DNA from: an uncultured Candidatus Saccharibacteria bacterium
GTDB lineage: Bacteria > Patescibacteriota > Minisyncoccia > UBA11713 > 2-01-FULL-45-33
Reading direction: 5' to 3'
Length of the DNA stretch: 64,000 bases
Assembly: GCA_964464405.1 (NCBI GenBank)
Contig: CAYXFX010000003.1
Coordinates: forward strand, 6,410 to 70,409
Shown piece by piece: positions 53,950 to 64,000 of the stretch. The stretch's first letter is position 1, and the number at the start of each line of letters is the position of its first letter. A program made the translations under genes and the position numbers. The notes beneath the pieces were generated by a model. That model did not search any database. It saw only the letters and a list, made by a program, of their open reading frames with translations, and was not told the origin of the DNA.

Positions 53950-56547
53950 ATGAAAACACTTGTTTTACTTGATGCACATGCGCTGATTCACAGAGCTTAC
54001 CACGCGCTGCCGAAGTTTACTTCCAAAAAAACAGGAGAGCCGACAGGGGCGCTTTATGGGCTTTCTTCTATGCTTTTAAGGGCTCTAAAAGATTTAAAGC
54101 CGGATTATATCGTGGCGGCTTTCGATAGGCCTGAACAGACTTTTAGGCACGCCGCGTATGAGCAATATAAAGCAAAGCGGCCTGATGCCGACGACGAATT
54201 AATTCAACAACTAATAAGATCGCTCTATGTTGTCGAAGCATTTGGTATTCCGATTTTCAGCGCCGCAGGTTTTGAAGCTGATGATGTTCTAGGGACAATA
54301 GTAGAACAAGTAAAAAAAACAAAAGATTTAAAAATCATTATTGTTTCAGGAGATATGGACGTTCTTCAGCTTGTAGAAAACGACAGGGTTGTTGTTTTTA
54401 CAATGAGAAAAGGTATAGACGATGTGGTGATTTATAACGAAGAAAAAGTAAAAGAAAGATTTGGTTTTACTCCGGAATTGCTGCCCGATTTTAAAGGATT
54501 AAAAGGAGATCCGTCCGATAATATTACGGGAGTGAAAGGAATAGGCGAAAAAACCGCGACGGATCTCATAAAAAATTTTGGGACACTCGAGAGTTTGTAT
54601 CAAAAAATAGACAAAAAGAGCGATATTAAAGACGGAATGATAAAAGAAAGAATTTTAGAGTTGTTAAAAACTCATAAAGAAAATGCTTTTTTTTCAAAAA
54701 CTTTGGCAACAATAAGGCGCGACGTTCCGATTAAGTTTATGATTCCCGAAGAAACATTTCAAATTAATAAAGAAAACTTAAGAAAAATTTTTGACGAGCT
54801 TGGTTTTGACAGTTTGGTAAAAAGAATTTCATCAGAAAACAGCGATGTGTTGATGGCGTCCGCGCCCGTTTCTGAGAAGTTGCGGGCCGATTCTTCAGCC
54901 GGCACACTTCCATTTAATTTCGGAATAAAAGAAATAAAAAGCGTGGAAGACGATAAAAACTTTTGGGTGAGCATAAAAAAGTCCAACGAATTATTTTTTC
55001 TTTTTCAAAACAGTAATTATTTAATTTCGGACAAGTCCGAATCCTGGTCGTTTAGAGAAGAATTTTTTAAAAAAGCAAAAAAAGAGTGGGCGGAGGTTTT
55101 TCAAGAAAAAATTATAGTTTCTGAAGATTTTAAAAAGTTATCTAAATCGCTCTTGAAATTTTCAATCGCACTTCCTAAAATTTTTTTTGACGTCTCGGTG
55201 TCTTCATGGGTTGCTGAAAGTAATTTTAAAAAAACCACTATCGAAAATCTAGACCAACTTATTTCTTTATATCAAAAATTGCTTTTGGAAATTAAAGAAA
55301 AAAAACTCGAACGCGTGCTATATGAAATAGAATTTCCAATCATTCCGATTCTTGCGCAGATGGAGACGCGCGGAATAGGAATTGATAAAAAATTTCTATT
55401 AAAATATAAAAAAGAAATTTCGAAGCGCATTTCGGAGTTTGAAAAAGAGATTTATAAAATCGCTGGCTGTACTTTTAATATAAATTCTTCGGCGCAAGTC
55501 AGCGAGGTTGTTTTTAAAAAATTAAACATAAAAGGGCGCGGAAAAACCAAAACAGGCCGGTTTTCCACGCGCGAATCGGAACTTGTCAAATTAAAAAATG
55601 AATCTCCCATCGCTGCTTTAATACTTGAGTACCGCGAAATGGCAAAGCTTCTGACTACTTATGTAAATCCGTTTTTGGAGCTTTCCAAAATAAGTTCTAA
55701 AGTTCACACAACTTTTAATCAAACTGGAACTGTTACTGGGCGCCTTTCTTCGGATTCTCCGAATTTGCAAAATATTCCTTTTAGAAGCGAGTTTGGCGCA
55801 CGGATAAGAAATGCGTTTATCGTTTCCTCGGGGTTTACTTTTGTTTCTTTTGATTACTCCCAAATCGAGCTTAAAATTTTGGCGGCGCTTTCGAAAGACA
55901 AAAAAATGATAGAAGCGTTTCAAAATGATGTTGATATCCACCGTTTTACAGCCGCGAACATTTATAATGTTCCATTGGAAAATGTGACACAACTTATGAG
56001 AAACCGCGCGAAAGTTATAAACTTCGGGATTATTTACGGAATGGGAGTAAGGAAGCTCGCCGAAAACACCGGAATGAGCAGCGAAAATGCACAAAAATTT
56101 TATAAAGAATATTTTGAGACATTTCCGCAAATTAAGGGGTATATGGATCGGATAAAAAATGATGTTAAAAAATTAGGATATGTCGAAACTTTTTTCGGAA
56201 GGCGCAGATATTTTAATTTAAGCGAAATAAGGAACAGATTTTATGAGTCTGAAATGGAAAGAATGGCGGCAAACGCCGTTATTCAGGGAACCGACGCAGA
56301 TATTGTTAAATTAGCAATGTCTAAAGTTTATAAAGCATTTTCCGGGCAGGAAGCTTATTTATTGCTTCAAATACATGATGAATTGTTGTACGAAATTAGA
56401 GATGATATAATAAAAACAGTTGTTCCAAAAATAAAGCAGATAATGGAGTCAATTTGTGACTCGCCTAATATAAAGGAGCGTTTTTTAGTTCCATTGTCGG
56501 TGGACGTTAAAATAGGAAAACGCTGGGGTTCATTAAAAAAAATATGA
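53950..56547 (+). CDS. polA: DNA polymerase I
   Basis: 5'-3' exonuclease domain plus polymerase motifs A/B/C (DYSQIELKILAALS, RRxAKxxNFGxxYG, HDE). Confidence 0.9.
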   Translation: MKTLVLLDAHALIHRAYHALPKFTSKKTGEPTGALYGLSSMLLRALKDLKPDYIVAAFDRPEQTFRHAAYEQYKAKRPDADDELIQQLIRSLYVVEAFGIPIFSAAGFEADDVLGTIVEQVKKTKDLKIIIVSGDMDVLQLVENDRVVVFTMRKGIDDVVIYNEEKVKERFGFTPELLPDFKGLKGDPSDNITGVKGIGEKTATDLIKNFGTLESLYQKIDKKSDIKDGMIKERILELLKTHKENAFFSKTLATIRRDVPIKFMIPEETFQINKENLRKIFDELGFDSLVKRISSENSDVLMASAPVSEKLRADSSAGTLPFNFGIKEIKSVEDDKNFWVSIKKSNELFFLFQNSNYLISDKSESWSFREEFFKKAKKEWAEVFQEKIIVSEDFKKLSKSLLKFSIALPKIFFDVSVSSWVAESNFKKTTIENLDQLISLYQKLLLEIKEKKLERVLYEIEFPIIPILAQMETRGIGIDKKFLLKYKKEISKRISEFEKEIYKIAGCTFNINSSAQVSEVVFKKLNIKGRGKTKTGRFSTRESELVKLKNESPIAALILEYREMAKLLTTYVNPFLELSKISSKVHTTFNQTGTVTGRLSSDSPNLQNIPFRSEFGARIRNAFIVSSGFTFVSFDYSQIELKILAALSKDKKMIEAFQNDVDIHRFTAANIYNVPLENVTQLMRNRAKVINFGIIYGMGVRKLAENTGMSSENAQKFYKEYFETFPQIKGYMDRIKNDVKKLGYVETFFGRRRYFNLSEIRNRFYESEMERMAANAVIQGTDADIVKLAMSKVYKAFSGQEAYLLLQIHDELLYEIRDDIIKTVVPKIKQIMESICDSPNIKERFLVPLSVDVKIGKRWGSLKKI

Positions 56548-57551
56548 GCGGAAACAAATACGTTTTAATAGTAATTATCGCGTTGGTAATTTTGGGCGGA
56601 GTTTTTTTATATCCTTCCTTTTTTAATAAAAAAGAGGCGGTGCCCGAGCCGAAAAGAATTTCAATGTTGACGGCTTCCGATTTGCAGCTTTCGACAATCG
56701 ACGGGCTTAGGCTCGGATTTAAAGATCTGGGGTTAAAAGAAGGAGTAGATTTTGTTTTGGAACTTAGAAATCCCAAGGGAGATCGAGATGTTACTGCTAC
56801 AATGGCAAGAGAAATTATATCGAAAAAGCCCGATGTGATCGTAAGTATTTCAACAAGCGCAACAAGCGCAATACAAGAAGCCAACAAAGAAGCTAAGATT
56901 CCAACTGTTGCTATTGACGTTGGAAATTTCAAACAGCTCAATATCGAAAATATTCAGCGTCCGGGCGGATTTATAACGGGCGTTGTCGTAGATAATGTCG
57001 GTGTGGCGCCGAAAAGAATGGAAATGTTAAAAAAACTTTTACCGAATCTTAAGACGATTGGCGTAATCGCCAATCCCAAGCACGTAAGTTATAACGAAAT
57101 AATAGATGCGCACAACATGGGAGGGGAGAAGCTTGGAATAAAATCCGTTTATTATCACGCTACAAAAAAAGAAGAAATTGCGTCTATGCTTGAGAAAATT
57201 ACAAAAGAGAAGCCCGATGCAATTATGACGACATCGGAGGCTGTTATTTCCGGAAATGCGGAAACTATTGCATCGGCTTTGAGAAAATCAAAAATTCCAT
57301 CTTTGGACTTTAATATAGAAAGAGGCGTCGGATCCGGATATCTCATGGTATACGGCGTAGCCAGGTTTGATGTCGGAAAGCAAAGCGCTCGCATGGTTGC
57401 AAAAGTTCTACAGGGAGAAAAACCCGGAAATATTCCTGTGGAATTCGCTTCTCCGAGTTCTTTTGAAATAAACAACACGCTTGCGAAAGAAATAAACATA
57501 AAAATTCCTGAAGCTCTGCTTTTACAGGCAACCAAAGTTTATAATGAATAA
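56544..57551 (+). CDS. ABC-type substrate-binding-like protein (PF04392-like), membrane anchored
   Basis: N-terminal TM; periplasmic-binding fold; paralogue of the next gene; associated with the downstream two-component system. Confidence 0.55.
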   Translation: MSGNKYVLIVIIALVILGGVFLYPSFFNKKEAVPEPKRISMLTASDLQLSTIDGLRLGFKDLGLKEGVDFVLELRNPKGDRDVTATMAREIISKKPDVIVSISTSATSAIQEANKEAKIPTVAIDVGNFKQLNIENIQRPGGFITGVVVDNVGVAPKRMEMLKKLLPNLKTIGVIANPKHVSYNEIIDAHNMGGEKLGIKSVYYHATKKEEIASMLEKITKEKPDAIMTTSEAVISGNAETIASALRKSKIPSLDFNIERGVGSGYLMVYGVARFDVGKQSARMVAKVLQGEKPGNIPVEFASPSSFEINNTLAKEINIKIPEALLLQATKVYNE

Positions 57552-57564
57552 AAGTATATAGTTT

Positions 57565-58572
57565 ATGGACGACAAATTAAGAAAATATATTTTGAGTGCG
57601 CTTATTTTGATACTTATCGTAAGTGTTGTTTTTATTTATAAAGACAAATTTTTTACAGAAGGAGAAAAAATTTTTAAAATCGGCATAATTGTTGACCAAG
57701 ATGTCCAAATTCCAAATGCCGAAGGATTTAAAAACAAAATGGCGGAACTCGGGTATATAGAAGGAAAAAATATTGCTTATATTTTTAAAAATCCGCAATC
57801 AAAACAAGATTTGCGCGATAAATATTTGGAAGAAATCATAAATTCGAAGCCGGATTTAATTGTTGCCGCTTCAACTATTATTGCAACCAACTTAAAAAAG
57901 AAAAATCTTGACACCCCGGTTATTTTTATGGACGTAGGCACCCTTTCCGGAGTTATCGAAAATCCGCTTGTGCCCGAAAGCAATATAACAGGAGTGTACG
58001 GGGGGTTCGTGGATTTTACTGGCAAGAGACTAGAGCTTCTTAAAACAATAGAACCAAACATCAAAAAAGTAATTATTTCGCCCGAAAAAAATTTTCCGAG
58101 CTACAAAGATTTTATGGGTTCACTAAAAGAAGCATCTGGCCGGTTAAATATTGAAGTTGTAGAAATTCCTACAAACGATGCCAAAGATTTTATTAGCAGG
58201 CTTCCGGAAATTGTAAATAAAAAAAATGGAGACGCCTTTCTTTATTTTACTGGGCCGAATAATACACCTGTAGATCAGTTAGATAAAAAAAAGATTGTAG
58301 ACCAACTAATTAAAGAAAAATTGCCTGCAATAAATCACAACATGGAAGTCGGAGCAAATATCGGAGTGCTTGCAAGTTACGGAAATTATCGTTCCGAGAT
58401 TGGCGAAGAAGCAGCATTGTTGGCAGATCAAATTATAAAAGGAGCTCTGGTTAAAAATGTGCCCGTTGTCCTGATTAAAACTCTTTCTTTGGAACTAAAC
58501 TTAAAGACTGCTCAAAAAATCGGTGTTTCCATATCAAAACCAATTTTAGACAGGGCAAATAAGATTTACTAA
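57565..58572 (+). CDS. ABC-type substrate-binding-like protein, paralogue
   Basis: Same length (335 aa) and architecture as 56544..57551. Confidence 0.55.
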   Translation: MDDKLRKYILSALILILIVSVVFIYKDKFFTEGEKIFKIGIIVDQDVQIPNAEGFKNKMAELGYIEGKNIAYIFKNPQSKQDLRDKYLEEIINSKPDLIVAASTIIATNLKKKNLDTPVIFMDVGTLSGVIENPLVPESNITGVYGGFVDFTGKRLELLKTIEPNIKKVIISPEKNFPSYKDFMGSLKEASGRLNIEVVEIPTNDAKDFISRLPEIVNKKNGDAFLYFTGPNNTPVDQLDKKKIVDQLIKEKLPAINHNMEVGANIGVLASYGNYRSEIGEEAALLADQIIKGALVKNVPVVLIKTLSLELNLKTAQKIGVSISKPILDRANKIY

Positions 58573-58576
58573 TCTA

Positions 58577-60664
58577 ATGCGCAAAGGCCTTGGACTTTTT
58601 TCATCTGAACGGAGATCCCAACTTTGGGTTTTGGGGGTGGTTGCTGTCTTTACCTTGGTTGCTGCAAATATGGCGTGGCTTTTTCCTACGTTAGATGAGC
58701 TTGAAACAAACGCTTATTTTCTTGAGCGTGCTGTAGCAGTTGATGCGTTTAACCAACTGTCCTCTTTTTTTACAAGTCGAGAACGCGCTCTTTTGGCCGG
58801 AGCCGACCTTATTAACCAAAATCCTAAAATTTTTAACGACATTGTTTCGCGCTTGTTGAAAGAAAACCCTTCAATTGAGTCGCTTTCTGTCATCGATGTT
58901 TCCGGAAAGGAAATATTTAAAAACCATCGTTTTTTGTTGACAACGAAATCCGATTTAAGAAACAAATCTGACGAAGAATTGTTTAGAACGATTCAAAGAA
59001 AAGAAATATACAGAAGTTCGGTCGTTGTTTCCGGAGTTTCTGAGCCAATAATTACAATTGCCGTGCCGCTTGATTCATCAACGGGGTTTTCAGGCATTGT
59101 TGCGGAAATAAACCTTAAATTTTTGTTAGATGTGGTGCGAAACACGAAAATCGGGGAAGAAGGAATTTCTTATGTAGTGGACAAGGATGGATATATAATT
59201 GCTCACCCCAATTCTTCTTTAGTTTTTGGTAGAACAAACGCTCTGGACAGGAAATTAATCGCACGCGCTTTAGCCGGAGAAGAGGTTGATACTAGAAATG
59301 AAGAGTTTTCTTATCGCAATGAAAAAGGTGAAGACGTTTTTGCTATGGCATTGCCGTTTGAATTGACGGAATGGGCAATTATTGTAGAAAATTCGAAATC
59401 AACTGTTTTTGCTCCATCTCAAAGAATATTAAACGTTGCTATTATATCTTTTGGTCTGGAAATTTTACTGATAATACTTTTAATTTGGAACTACTTTAGT
59501 TTAGTCAGTACCGCCCAACTTTTTTATGATGAGAGAAACCAAAGAGAAGCAATTCTTAATAATTTGGGAGATGGAGTGTTGGAGTATAACGAAAATTCGA
59601 TGATTGTCCTTATGAATCCTAAAGCAGAAGAACTTCTTGGCGTTAAATTTAACGAAATTACTGGGATAAAAATAACACCGGAATTTACAAAAATACAGCC
59701 ACGTGCACAGGCGCTGGTGGAACTTTTATATCCTGCTTTGGCTCCTTTTACTTCGAGCGCAAAGGAAATGCATGGTACGAGATCAAAAATCATGGAACTG
59801 CACACGTCAAAACCGGAGCTCAAACTTTCCGTGACAATCACGCAGGTTATGGACCAAACCGGTGCAACTAGGGGCTTTTTGAAAATTATTCATGATATTT
59901 CGCGCGAGCAGCTGATTTCTCGCATTAAATCGGAATTTGTGTCGATCGCCGCACATCAGCTGCGCACGCCACTTTCCGCTCTTAAATGGACATTAAAATT
60001 AATTTTAGAAGGAGATGTGGGGCCACTAACTAAGGAACAGCGGGATTTTCTTGAAAAAGGATATATCACAAATGAAAGAATGATTAAATTAGTAAATGAT
60101 TTGTTAAATGCCGCACGAATAGAGGAAGGAAGATTTGGGTATGATTTGAAAGACTTTGACTTGGAAAGCCTTTTAAAAACTATTATTTCAAATTACAGTA
60201 CAAACGCTTTAAGTAAGTCAATTAACCTTACTTTTGAAAATAAAACAAAAAATTTACCGCAAATTTTCGCTGATCCGGAAAAAATCACTTTAGTTGTGAC
60301 CAATCTTTTGGACAACGCCTTTAAATATACGCCTAAAAACGGAAATATTTCACTTGTGCTGGACAAGCAGAATAATTTCGCAGTCGTAAGCATCAAAGAT
60401 AATGGGGTAGGAATCCCTGAAACTGAAAAAAAGAGGGTGTTTACGAAGTTTTTTAGGGCTTCTAACGTGCTTAAAATGGATACAGAGGGCACGGGACTGG
60501 GCTTATTTATTGTTCGCAATATTTTAAAAAGGCACGGTGGAAACATAACTTTTTCTTCAAAACTTGGAGAAGGTACCACTTTCTCTTTGACACTGCCTTT
60601 AAATAAGGAATATGTCCCCAAAACCGAGAGTCCACAGCTTGAGGAGTTTTTAGAAACAATCTAA
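58577..60664 (+). CDS. Sensor histidine kinase (TM - dCache-like - TM - PAS - HisKA - HATPase)
   Basis: H-box SIAAHQLRTPLSAL, N-box LDNAFKYT, G-boxes DNGVGIP and GTGLGL. Confidence 0.8.
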   Translation: MRKGLGLFSSERRSQLWVLGVVAVFTLVAANMAWLFPTLDELETNAYFLERAVAVDAFNQLSSFFTSRERALLAGADLINQNPKIFNDIVSRLLKENPSIESLSVIDVSGKEIFKNHRFLLTTKSDLRNKSDEELFRTIQRKEIYRSSVVVSGVSEPIITIAVPLDSSTGFSGIVAEINLKFLLDVVRNTKIGEEGISYVVDKDGYIIAHPNSSLVFGRTNALDRKLIARALAGEEVDTRNEEFSYRNEKGEDVFAMALPFELTEWAIIVENSKSTVFAPSQRILNVAIISFGLEILLIILLIWNYFSLVSTAQLFYDERNQREAILNNLGDGVLEYNENSMIVLMNPKAEELLGVKFNEITGIKITPEFTKIQPRAQALVELLYPALAPFTSSAKEMHGTRSKIMELHTSKPELKLSVTITQVMDQTGATRGFLKIIHDISREQLISRIKSEFVSIAAHQLRTPLSALKWTLKLILEGDVGPLTKEQRDFLEKGYITNERMIKLVNDLLNAARIEEGRFGYDLKDFDLESLLKTIISNYSTNALSKSINLTFENKTKNLPQIFADPEKITLVVTNLLDNAFKYTPKNGNISLVLDKQNNFAVVSIKDNGVGIPETEKKRVFTKFFRASNVLKMDTEGTGLGLFIVRNILKRHGGNITFSSKLGEGTTFSLTLPLNKEYVPKTESPQLEEFLETI

Positions 60665-60673
60665 ACTAAAGAT

Positions 60674-61471
60674 ATGAGCGACCATAAAATATTAATAATC
60701 GAAGACGAGCCTGTTCATTTAAACGTAATGAAGGCCAAATTAGAACATGAGGGGTATTTAATAAGTGTGGCCACAGATGGCGAGGAAGGGTACAAGGCAA
60801 TTAAAGAAACAAATCCTGATTTGGTGCTGCTTGATATAATTTTACCGAAACTTAACGGCTTCGATGTATTAGAAAAGGTAAGAAGCGAGGGTTTTACGGC
60901 CCCGATAATAGTAGTTTCTAATTCCGGCCAACCAGTTGAAGTAGATAGAGCGTTAAAATTAGGTGCTAACGATTATCTTGTTAAAGCAGAATTTAATCCC
61001 TCGGATGTTTTGGAAAAAGTTGAAAAATTTGTAAATAAACCACAAAGAGATAAATCAGCGGCTTTAAAAACGGAAACCGCTGGTTCGAATAAAAAGACGG
61101 CCATTTTAGTTGTTGAAGACGATAAATTTTTAAGAGATTTAATTGTACAAAAATTAAATAAAGAAGGTTTTTTTGCTACGGAGGCGATAGACGGAGAAGA
61201 GGGCTTAAAAAATGCAAAAGAAAAGAAACCCGACTTAATTCTTCTTGATTTAATTTTACCTGGCGTGGATGGTTTTGAGGTGCTTCGCCGCTTAAAAGCA
61301 GATTCTCAAACACAAGCCATTCCGGTAATTGTGCTTTCAAATTTGGGCCAGAAAGAAGACATGGATCGTGCAATTGCGTCCGGCGCAGAGGAATTTATGG
61401 TAAAGGCACATTTCACTCCGGGGGAAATCATTTCAAAAATTAAAGAAATACTAAACAAAAAATATTTTTAA
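60674..61471 (+). CDS. Response regulator with two tandem receiver domains, no output domain
   Basis: Two REC units (ILIIEDE...DLVLLDIILPKLNGFDVL and ILVVEDD...DLILLDLILPGVDGFEVL). Confidence 0.75.
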   Translation: MSDHKILIIEDEPVHLNVMKAKLEHEGYLISVATDGEEGYKAIKETNPDLVLLDIILPKLNGFDVLEKVRSEGFTAPIIVVSNSGQPVEVDRALKLGANDYLVKAEFNPSDVLEKVEKFVNKPQRDKSAALKTETAGSNKKTAILVVEDDKFLRDLIVQKLNKEGFFATEAIDGEEGLKNAKEKKPDLILLDLILPGVDGFEVLRRLKADSQTQAIPVIVLSNLGQKEDMDRAIASGAEEFMVKAHFTPGEIISKIKEILNKKYF

Positions 61472-61472
61472 A

Positions 61473-62426
61473 ATGAAAAAAATAATAATTTTGCTTTTAA
61501 TTATAGCCGCTGTAGCTGCAGGATATTTTTATTGGCTGGATATTAACAAGATTGAAACTATTAAAATAAGCTCTGCAAACGCTGAAAACATGAAGCTTCT
61601 TTTTGCTGTAATGCAGGACAAAGGAATGACAGATAAGAATAAAATAAAATTAGATGTCGTTTATTCGGATCCTGCTGAAGCGGAAAGAAAAATGGTAGAT
61701 CGGTCCAACGGCGTTGAGGTTTCTGTTTTTAATCCGATAGCATTGGCAGCGACAAATCAACAAAAAAGGATAAATCTGAGAGCGTTTGTTGGGGTTCACA
61801 ACTCCTACCACGCTATTTTAGTAAAAAAAGATTCTACCTATAAAAAGTTGGAAGATCTTAAAGGGGCAAAAATCGCGATACGCCCCAAAGTAAGCGCTGC
61901 ATATAGTGCTTTTTCGGTAGGAATGCAAACGGCTGGTTTAAATTTAGAAAAAGATTTTAAACTGACGTTCGGATCCATTCCGCAAAATGTAGCTTCTCTT
62001 AAAAACGGAGAAGTGGATGCCACATTCTTAAATATATTTGAAACATCAAAATTATTAGCCGCCGGGCAGTATCGGGAGATCAACGATTTGGATCAAAAAT
62101 GGTTCGATGAAATGAAGTTCCCAATGCCGTTTGTGGATTTCGCGGCGCACGAAGATTGGATAAAGGAAAATCCTAAGAAAGTTAAGAGGCTAAAAATGAC
62201 AACATTGGAAGCGTTGGAATACATTCACAATAGTCCCAATCTTGCTTACGAATATAAGGATTTGCTTGGGTTAAAAACTGATGAGGAAATAAAGCTTGTA
62301 AAAAACCGCATCGATGGGAGCTATCCTACGGCATGGAATCCGGACATCCGGGAGCGAGTTTTGGAAAAAGCATTTAATCTCGGGTTTTTAAAAGAACTTC
62401 CGAAAGAAAAACTTTTTCTTGATTAA
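61473..62426 (+). CDS. Periplasmic substrate-binding-like protein (NMT1/SsuA-like), membrane anchored
   Basis: N-terminal TM; PBP type 2-like sequence features. Confidence 0.4.
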   Translation: MKKIIILLLIIAAVAAGYFYWLDINKIETIKISSANAENMKLLFAVMQDKGMTDKNKIKLDVVYSDPAEAERKMVDRSNGVEVSVFNPIALAATNQQKRINLRAFVGVHNSYHAILVKKDSTYKKLEDLKGAKIAIRPKVSAAYSAFSVGMQTAGLNLEKDFKLTFGSIPQNVASLKNGEVDATFLNIFETSKLLAAGQYREINDLDQKWFDEMKFPMPFVDFAAHEDWIKENPKKVKRLKMTTLEALEYIHNSPNLAYEYKDLLGLKTDEEIKLVKNRIDGSYPTAWNPDIRERVLEKAFNLGFLKELPKEKLFLD

Positions 62427-62437
62427 AAAATAAGTTT

Positions 62438-63355
62438 ATGACTTTTCTTATTTTAGGCGACAATTCATATCTCGCCTTGCATAAAATTTCAGAAATTCGC
62501 GCTTCTTTTTTTAAAAAAAATAAAGAAGCTTTTTTGGATTATGAGGTAGACGAAAATGTAAATCTGGAAGAGATCCGGACTTTATTTAAACAAAAAAGCT
62601 TGCTTTCCCCAAAAAAACTGGTTATAGCAAAAAACGTATTAAATAAATACCCGGATTTACTCGTCTTCTTAGAAAAAGAAAAAGAACTTTTAAATTCTCA
62701 AGATGATTTTTTTGTTTTTTGGGAAGCGGATTTATCCGAAAACCAAAAAGCATTAGGTTTTTTTAAAAGGAACGCCGCACGAATACAAGAAGTAAAATTT
62801 AAAGACGCAGCAAATTTATCCAAATGGGTTGAAAAAAAATCAAAGGAACTCGGAATTTCTTTTTCTAAAGAAGAGCGCGATAACCTCGTGTCGCTTTTCG
62901 GAAATGCCGGGGAATGGTCGCTTGAAAATGAATTAGAAAAAATATCACTTAGTTCCGCCAGCACTGAAAAAATAAATTCAGGCTCGGAGGCAGTCTCTCC
63001 CTCCAGATTTTCCAGCAATGAATCTGCCGTTTTTAATTACGCTGATAAAATTTTTTATAATAACTTTTCACGCGCGGCGCTGGTTTATAAGAGCGCTCTT
63101 TTAGAAGGCGTTGATTCTATGCGCCTTTTTTACACGATTTGTTGGAAATTAAAAAATATAATTATGGTAAAAAGGGGAGAGGCACACACTTTGAGTCCGT
63201 ATGTCGCCAAAAAAACCGAAGCCGAGGCAAAAAACTTTTCCGAAAAAAAGATAACGGATGCTTATTGGAGTGCAATTGAAACGGAGTCTTTATTAAAAAG
63301 AGACGCAAAAAAAATAGACGAAAATATTGAAAAATTCCTATTTTCTTTTAACTAG
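62438..63355 (+). CDS. Probable DNA polymerase III delta subunit
   Basis: N-terminal LILGDNSYLA...; size and architecture typical of HolA; precedes rpsT as in many bacteria. Confidence 0.45.
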   Translation: MTFLILGDNSYLALHKISEIRASFFKKNKEAFLDYEVDENVNLEEIRTLFKQKSLLSPKKLVIAKNVLNKYPDLLVFLEKEKELLNSQDDFFVFWEADLSENQKALGFFKRNAARIQEVKFKDAANLSKWVEKKSKELGISFSKEERDNLVSLFGNAGEWSLENELEKISLSSASTEKINSGSEAVSPSRFSSNESAVFNYADKIFYNNFSRAALVYKSALLEGVDSMRLFYTICWKLKNIIMVKRGEAHTLSPYVAKKTEAEAKNFSEKKITDAYWSAIETESLLKRDAKKIDENIEKFLFSFN

Positions 63356-63568
63356 TTGTGATTTGAGCCGCGCAGCTTTATTCTTTGCAATTATTCCCTT
63401 TTTTGCGGATTTGTCGATAATTTTGTAAGCGGCGCTCAGAGTTTCTTGAGTTTTTGACGTCGCAGCTTTTTTAATTGCTTGATGCAGCCGATCTTTCCAT
63501 TCACGGTTGTGCTCCCTTCTTTTTAAAGACTGGCGCAATGCTTTTTTTGCCGAACTTGTTATTGGCAT
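63338..63568 (-). CDS. rpsT: 30S ribosomal protein S20
   Basis: MPITSSAKKALRQSLKRREHNREWKDRLHQAIKK... Confidence 0.85.
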   Translation of the reverse strand: MPITSSAKKALRQSLKRREHNREWKDRLHQAIKKAATSKTQETLSAAYKIIDKSAKKGIIAKNKAARLKSQLVKRK

Positions 63569-63610
63569 AAAAACAGTATAGAGCAGATTTTTTTTATTGT
63601 AAAGACATTA

Positions 63611-64000
63611 TTATTTTTTTATTGAATTTATAAAATCTCTGATTTCTGCTGCTTTCTCAAAATCAAGCACCCGCGCCGCTTCTAGCATTTCTTCTTCGAG
63701 CTCTTCTTTTAATTTTTCGCGGGACATTTCTTTAGAAATTTTTGTAATATCAAAATATTTTTTCTTCTTTTCTCCTTCTCTGGCGAAAATTGATTCGTTT
63801 ATTTCCCTTTTAATCGGCGAGGGACGGACGTTATTTTTCTTATTAAAGTTTTCCTGCGTTTTCCTTCTTCTTTCGGTTTCCGATATCGCGCTCCTCATAG
63901 ATTCCGTTATTTTATCTGCATACATTAAAACTGTTCCATCCGTGTGCCGCGCGGCTCTGCCGATCGTTTGAATTAATGTTTGTTCGTTTCTTAAAAACCC
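63611..64000 (-). CDS. uvrB: Excinuclease ABC subunit B, C-terminal part (gene continues past the 3' edge of the window)
   Basis: Upstream in-frame translation LIQTIGRAARHTDGTVLMYADKITESMRSAISETERRR plus a C-terminal UVR domain (EEEMLEAARVLDFEKAAEIRDFI). Confidence 0.8.
   Translation of the reverse strand, partial: GFLRNEQTLIQTIGRAARHTDGTVLMYADKITESMRSAISETERRRKTQENFNKKNNVRPSPIKREINESIFAREGEKKKKYFDITKISKEMSREKLKEELEEEMLEAARVLDFEKAAEIRDFINSIKK

Overview
This is an AT-rich bacterial chromosomal window (roughly 35% GC by eye). Genetic code 11 applies, because TGA is used as a stop codon, for example at 16765-16767. The gene content and style suggest a Candidate Phyla Radiation / Patescibacteria-like organism: small proteins, weak Shine-Dalgarno sequences, many secreted or membrane hypotheticals, PilB and a type IV secretion-like cluster.

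Housekeeping backbone: clpP-tig, membrane H+-pyrophosphatase (hppA), a XerC/D-family recombinase, rpsO-NYN-pnp, a GGDEF-like protein, DksA/TraR, peroxiredoxin, comM/yifB, PhnD-like SBP + HAMP, M23/LysM peptidase, uvrD/pcrA, ksgA. The replication-origin region is also present: jag-yidC-rnpA-rpmH on the minus strand diverging from dnaA-dnaN, with an AT-rich DnaA-box spacer. Beyond that come PBP1A, tyrS, ruvC-yebC, ruvB, pilB/gspE, tsaE, polA, a two-component module (two paralogous SBPs, a dCache/PAS histidine kinase, a double-REC regulator), holA-like, rpsT and a partial uvrB.

Accessory content: (i) a co-directional type IV secretion-like cluster at about 21.1-34.7 kb. It contains a TrbL/VirB6-like 1086-aa membrane protein, a PrgI/VirB3-like protein, and a VirB4-like ATPase interrupted by an in-frame TAA-TGA. 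(ii) At least two families of short palindromic repeats inserted in-frame into coding sequences. One is GC-rich (CCCCTT-N3-AAGGGG type, translated as S/T-P-P-L-x-K/R-G-x-G) and resembles the palindromic elements of Rickettsia. The other is GAAGTYCGACTTC, translated as KSDF. (iii) Three near-identical consensus promoters (TTGACAAAC-N7-AAAGGAGTATAAT) that appear to drive non-coding RNAs. One of these RNAs lies in a GC-rich, highly structured ~0.7 kb locus with RNase P P4-like strands. (iv) A 24-bp palindrome, AAATAAAAGCGATCGCCTTTATTT, present three times, two copies flanking a small PaaX-like wHTH regulator. (v) A DUF559 (Vsr-fold endonuclease) gene sitting between two copies of the GC-rich element, and several GC-rich islands that are probably horizontally acquired.

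No CRISPR array, rRNA or convincing tRNA was seen.
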